Shown here: positions 63,001 through 64,000 of the stretch, piece after piece
How the letters are laid out: the number at the start of each line of letters is the position of its first letter
How positions within the stretch are numbered: position 1 is the stretch's first letter
Origin: Chiloscyllium plagiosum
Lineage: Eukaryota
Assembly: GCF_004010195.1 (NCBI RefSeq)
Contig: NC_057759.1
Location: forward strand, 4,866,657-4,930,656
DNA: 64,000 nt
Reading direction: 5' to 3'
The notes under the pieces: model-generated
Seen by the model: only the letters and a program-made list of their open reading frames with translations
Databases searched by the model: none
Told to the model about the DNA's origin: nothing
Program-made: the position numbers and the translations under genes

Positions 63001-63274
63001 GAAGGAATGATGAAAAAAAACCACTTACGAATAATGACAGTTACAGCAGGTGCTCTCATGAACCAAGGATAATGTCTTTTGCAGGAATAAGATCCACCAG
63101 TTTTACTGTTCACGAGTATTTCATAAATATTGGTCTGTGTCTTCTTGAATTGCGCTTCATTTTTGTACCAATAAAAAGTTCCTGCTTTATCTTTCCCACA
63201 TTCCAATTTTAAATTCTCTCCTTCTTTTACAAAACCACTTGTGGGGTATACGTGAAGCATAGGCTTTACAAAAG
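25691..63274 (-). CDS. Gene A: spliced Fc receptor-like (FCRL/LITR-type) inhibitory Ig-superfamily receptor; 8 Ig domains, TM, ITIM-bearing tail; 5' leader exons outside window
   Basis: 15 exons with canonical AG/GT sites and compatible phases sum to 2672 nt (+1 nt from an upstream exon = 891 codons including stop), with no internal stops. One Ig domain per phase-1 exon with C...W/F-Y-K/R-N/D...G.Y.C motifs typical of FcR-family C2 domains. Family assignment is by motif recognition, not by search. Confidence 0.88.
27789..27823 (-). CDS. Gene A cytoplasmic mini-exon C5 ([12 protein letters not shown])
   Basis: Acceptor ttttatttccag|, donor AAG|gtatgt, 35 nt, phase 1->0, which is what the last exon requires. 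Confidence 0.72.
29284..29343 (-). CDS. Gene A cytoplasmic exon C4, duplicate ITIM LVYSEV ([20 protein letters not shown])
   Basis: Same splice sites as C3, 60 nt, phase 1-1, open frame; lies in a tandem duplication offset by 712 bp. Confidence 0.75.
29996..30055 (-). CDS. Gene A cytoplasmic exon C3 with ITIM LVYSEV ([20 protein letters not shown])
   Basis: Acceptor ttctttgtag|, donor G|gtaaag, 60 nt, phase 1-1. Confidence 0.82.
30518..31680 (-). mobile_element. Penelope-like retroelement fragment nested in a + strand CR1 (about 30470-32190)
   Basis: [12 protein letters not shown]...NVIYC GIY-YIG region and terminal repeat; CR1 ggccacatttggagtattgtg resumes as gatgtggaagcattagaaagagtgcag. 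Confidence 0.85.
32130..32352. repeat. Near-perfect ~110-bp tandem duplication spanning a CR1 3' end and its flank
   Basis: atgatcagcacaggcttggaggg...gagaaggaaacgtt occurs twice, differing by one ttttc unit. Confidence 0.9.
32791..32864 (-). CDS. Gene A cytoplasmic exon C2 with ITIM LEYAVV ([25 protein letters not shown])
   Basis: Acceptor taactag|, donor G|gtgagt, 74 nt, phase 2->1. Confidence 0.78.
33419..33449 (-). CDS. Gene A cytoplasmic mini-exon C1 ([10 protein letters not shown])
   Basis: Strong acceptor ctctttccctgcag|, donor |gtaagt, 31 nt, phase 1->2, matching the next exon. Confidence 0.75.
33620..34002. repeat. Degenerate telomere-like (TTAGGG)n tract in a gene A intron
   Basis: Repeated ttaggg/ttaagg/ctaggg hexamer variants over about 380 bp. 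Confidence 0.75.
34443..34541 (-). CDS. Gene A transmembrane exon ([33 protein letters not shown])
   Basis: Acceptor gattccag|CT, donor G|gtctgt, 99 nt, phase 1-1; uncharged hydrophobic stretch; this frame is absent from the ORF track. Confidence 0.88.
35833..36135 (-). CDS. Gene A Ig domain D8 exon (PVRDAVL...LVLRC...FVWYRD...[11 protein letters not shown]...IEFTLR)
   Basis: Acceptor tctcctcag|TT, donor G|gtaaca, 303 nt; five N-x-S/T sequons. Confidence 0.9.
37066..37350 (-). CDS. Gene A Ig domain D7 exon (IPVSKPEL...[18 protein letters not shown]...DEGHYHC...IEIAVI)
   Basis: Acceptor attacag|GA, donor G|gtaagt, 285 nt; 'RIPVS.P.L...GS.PI.Y.FY' is an FCRL membrane-proximal domain signature. 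Confidence 0.92.
39861..40133 (-). CDS. Gene A Ig domain D6 exon ([11 protein letters not shown]...VKLVC...YSFYRN...DSGTYHC...SNQLYLSIR)
   Basis: Acceptor gctttccag|AA, donor C|gtaagt, 273 nt. Confidence 0.9.
40912..41190 (-). CDS. Gene A Ig domain D5 exon (close paralogue of D4)
   Basis: Acceptor tattccag|AA, donor C|gtaact, 279 nt; [17 protein letters not shown]...SGNYACE...[11 protein letters not shown]. Confidence 0.9.
41396..41712 (+). mobile_element. Full-length HE1-type tRNA-derived SINE
   Basis: Box A/B head ggtggcacagtggttagcactgctgcctcacagcgccagagacccgggtt, CR1-derived 3' end, taatctaatct tail. Confidence 0.85.
42420..43545 (+). mobile_element. Degraded Penelope-like retroelement
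   Basis: [17 protein letters not shown] and IPYSQFL...RICS motifs; terminal repeat remnant at the 3' end. Confidence 0.8.
48063..48344 (-). CDS. Gene A Ig domain D4 exon ([11 protein letters not shown]...EGFPITLTC...YSFYRD...SGNYACE...SNSIHISVK)
   Basis: Acceptor cattccag|AA, donor C|gtaact, 282 nt; 'F.KPVL...EG..TLTC...YSFYRD' is typical of FCRL domains. Confidence 0.9.
51066..51323 (-). CDS. Gene A Ig domain D3 exon ([22 protein letters not shown]...FAFYRKG...DSGLYSC...SVDVHVQ)
   Basis: Acceptor caatcttag|AT, donor G|gtacat, 258 nt, phase 1-1. Confidence 0.9.
52190..54215. mobile_element. Penelope-like retroelement with inverted arrangement (52190-~52912 minus; ~52913-54215 plus, RT + GIY-YIG)
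   Basis: [10 protein letters not shown]...[44 protein letters not shown]...[19 protein letters not shown]; frameshifted and internally deleted. Confidence 0.9.
54216..57590 (+). mobile_element. Nearly complete CR1 LINE ORF2 (APE endonuclease + RT), inactivated, with secondary insertions
   Basis: [10 protein letters not shown]...DVVAIRETW...YRPP...LDLVL...SDH endonuclease; [31 protein letters not shown] motifs; (ttctatg)n tail; inserts at ~55077-55412 and ~56030-56115. Confidence 0.93.
57690..59400 (-). mobile_element. Old degraded CR1 LINE RT region
   Basis: [19 protein letters not shown]...SKFANDTK motif. Confidence 0.8.
58639..58862. mobile_element. Fold-back, MITE-like element built from Penelope-type terminal repeats, with 14-bp target-site duplication
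   Basis: Inverted arms 58640-58719 and 58747-58826; flanks ctgtgctaattagt (58625-58638) and ctgtactaattagt (58863-58876). Confidence 0.75.
59985..60870 (-). mobile_element. CR1 LINE RT fragment nested in an L2-like remnant (about 59650-61450)
   Basis: [14 protein letters not shown]...[10 protein letters not shown]...[25 protein letters not shown] motifs. Confidence 0.85.
61509..61775 (-). CDS. Gene A Ig domain D2 exon (SKEMLTLDA...VMNC...FQWYQN...ASYRC...[11 protein letters not shown])
   Basis: Acceptor ttttgcag|TT, donor G|gtcagt, 267 nt, phase 1-1. Confidence 0.9.
63029..63274 (-). CDS. Gene A Ig domain D1 exon ([10 protein letters not shown]...LKLEC...YWYKN...GGSYSC...VTVII)
   Basis: Acceptor ctttctttag|CT, donor C|gtaagt, 246 nt, phase 1-1; overlaps ORF 62976..63260. 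Confidence 0.9.
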
Positions 63275-63365
63275 CTAAAGAAAGAGAGAGAAAAGCAGGA
63301 AGGTTGAGAATCCAATCATTGCATTTATTGATCTCTCACCGCAGTAAACGCGGTGAAGTCTTGTT

Positions 63366-63720
63366 TTAGATTAGATTAGATTACTTACAGTGTGGAAACA
63401 GGCCCTTCGGCCTAACAAGTCCATACCGACCCACTGAAGCGCAACCCACCCAGACCCATTCCCCTGCATTTACCCCTTCACCTAACACTACGGGCAATTT
63501 AGCATGGCCAATTCAACTAACCTGCACATTGTTTTTTGGACCGTGGAAGGAAACCGGAGCACACGGTGGAAACCCACGCAGACATGCGGAGAATGTGCAA
63601 ACTCCACACAGTCAGTCGCCTGAGGCGGAAATTGAACCCAGGTCTCTGGCGCTGTGAGGCAGCAGTGCTAACCACTGTGCCACCGTGCCGCCCAAACCAT
63701 TGTGCCACCGTGCCGCCCAC
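63366..63720 (-). mobile_element. Full-length HE1-type SINE with tandemly duplicated 5' head
   Basis: Reverse complement of the 41396 element; tgtgccaccgtgccgccc present twice at about 63676-63718. Confidence 0.85.
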
Positions 63721-64000
63721 GGTGTTTCTGTGATGCCAACTATTTATCTTGCTATGTTTCACTTTCAAAGGACCATTCACTGACAGGCATCAGTAAATCT
63801 AATGTTCAGAAGAGTTAAGTGGACGGATTAACATAATGGAATCGAAGAATGCCTACAGGATAGAAACAGGCCATTTGGCACAACGAGTCCACATCAGGTT
63901 CTGAAGAGTATCCCACCCAGGCCCATTCATCTACCCTGTTACTCTAGAATATGCCAGCTCCACACACAGTCGCCTAACGCTGGAATCGAACGCAAATCCC

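Noticed and set aside
4442..63274. Genes A and B as one long gene
   Set aside because: Gene A ends with TM, tail and stop at 25691; the downstream exons restart at a D1-like domain and are all disrupted.

Overview
Eukaryotic, repeat-dense vertebrate genomic DNA, most likely from a shark or other elasmobranch (it carries HE1-type tRNA-derived SINEs, CR1 and L2 LINEs, and Penelope/Neptune-type GIY-YIG retroelements). Most ORFs in the supplied track are spurious or TE fragments. Read by hand, the minus strand holds part of an Ig-superfamily immunoreceptor cluster of the Fc-receptor-like/LITR type. (A) An apparently intact gene with 15 coding exons in the window (63274->25691, all GT-AG, phases consistent, about 890 aa without leader; leader exons lie beyond the window end). 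It encodes 8 C2-type Ig domains, an uncharged TM segment and a tail with four ITIM-consensus motifs plus a terminal YMNI. Ig D4/D5 and two ITIM exons arose by visible local tandem duplications. (B) Directly downstream in the same orientation is a disrupted paralogous pseudogene (about 16.3 kb->4.3 kb) with five Ig pseudo-exons and a frameshifted TM exon that reconstructs to an Arg-containing, activating-type segment, suggesting the remnant of an inhibitory/activating receptor pair. Also present: minimal hammerhead-ribozyme motifs in Penelope termini, fold-back elements, a 17-bp minisatellite, telomere-like repeats and three N gaps. Exon coordinates were read base by base; TE boundaries are approximate. 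No database search was possible.
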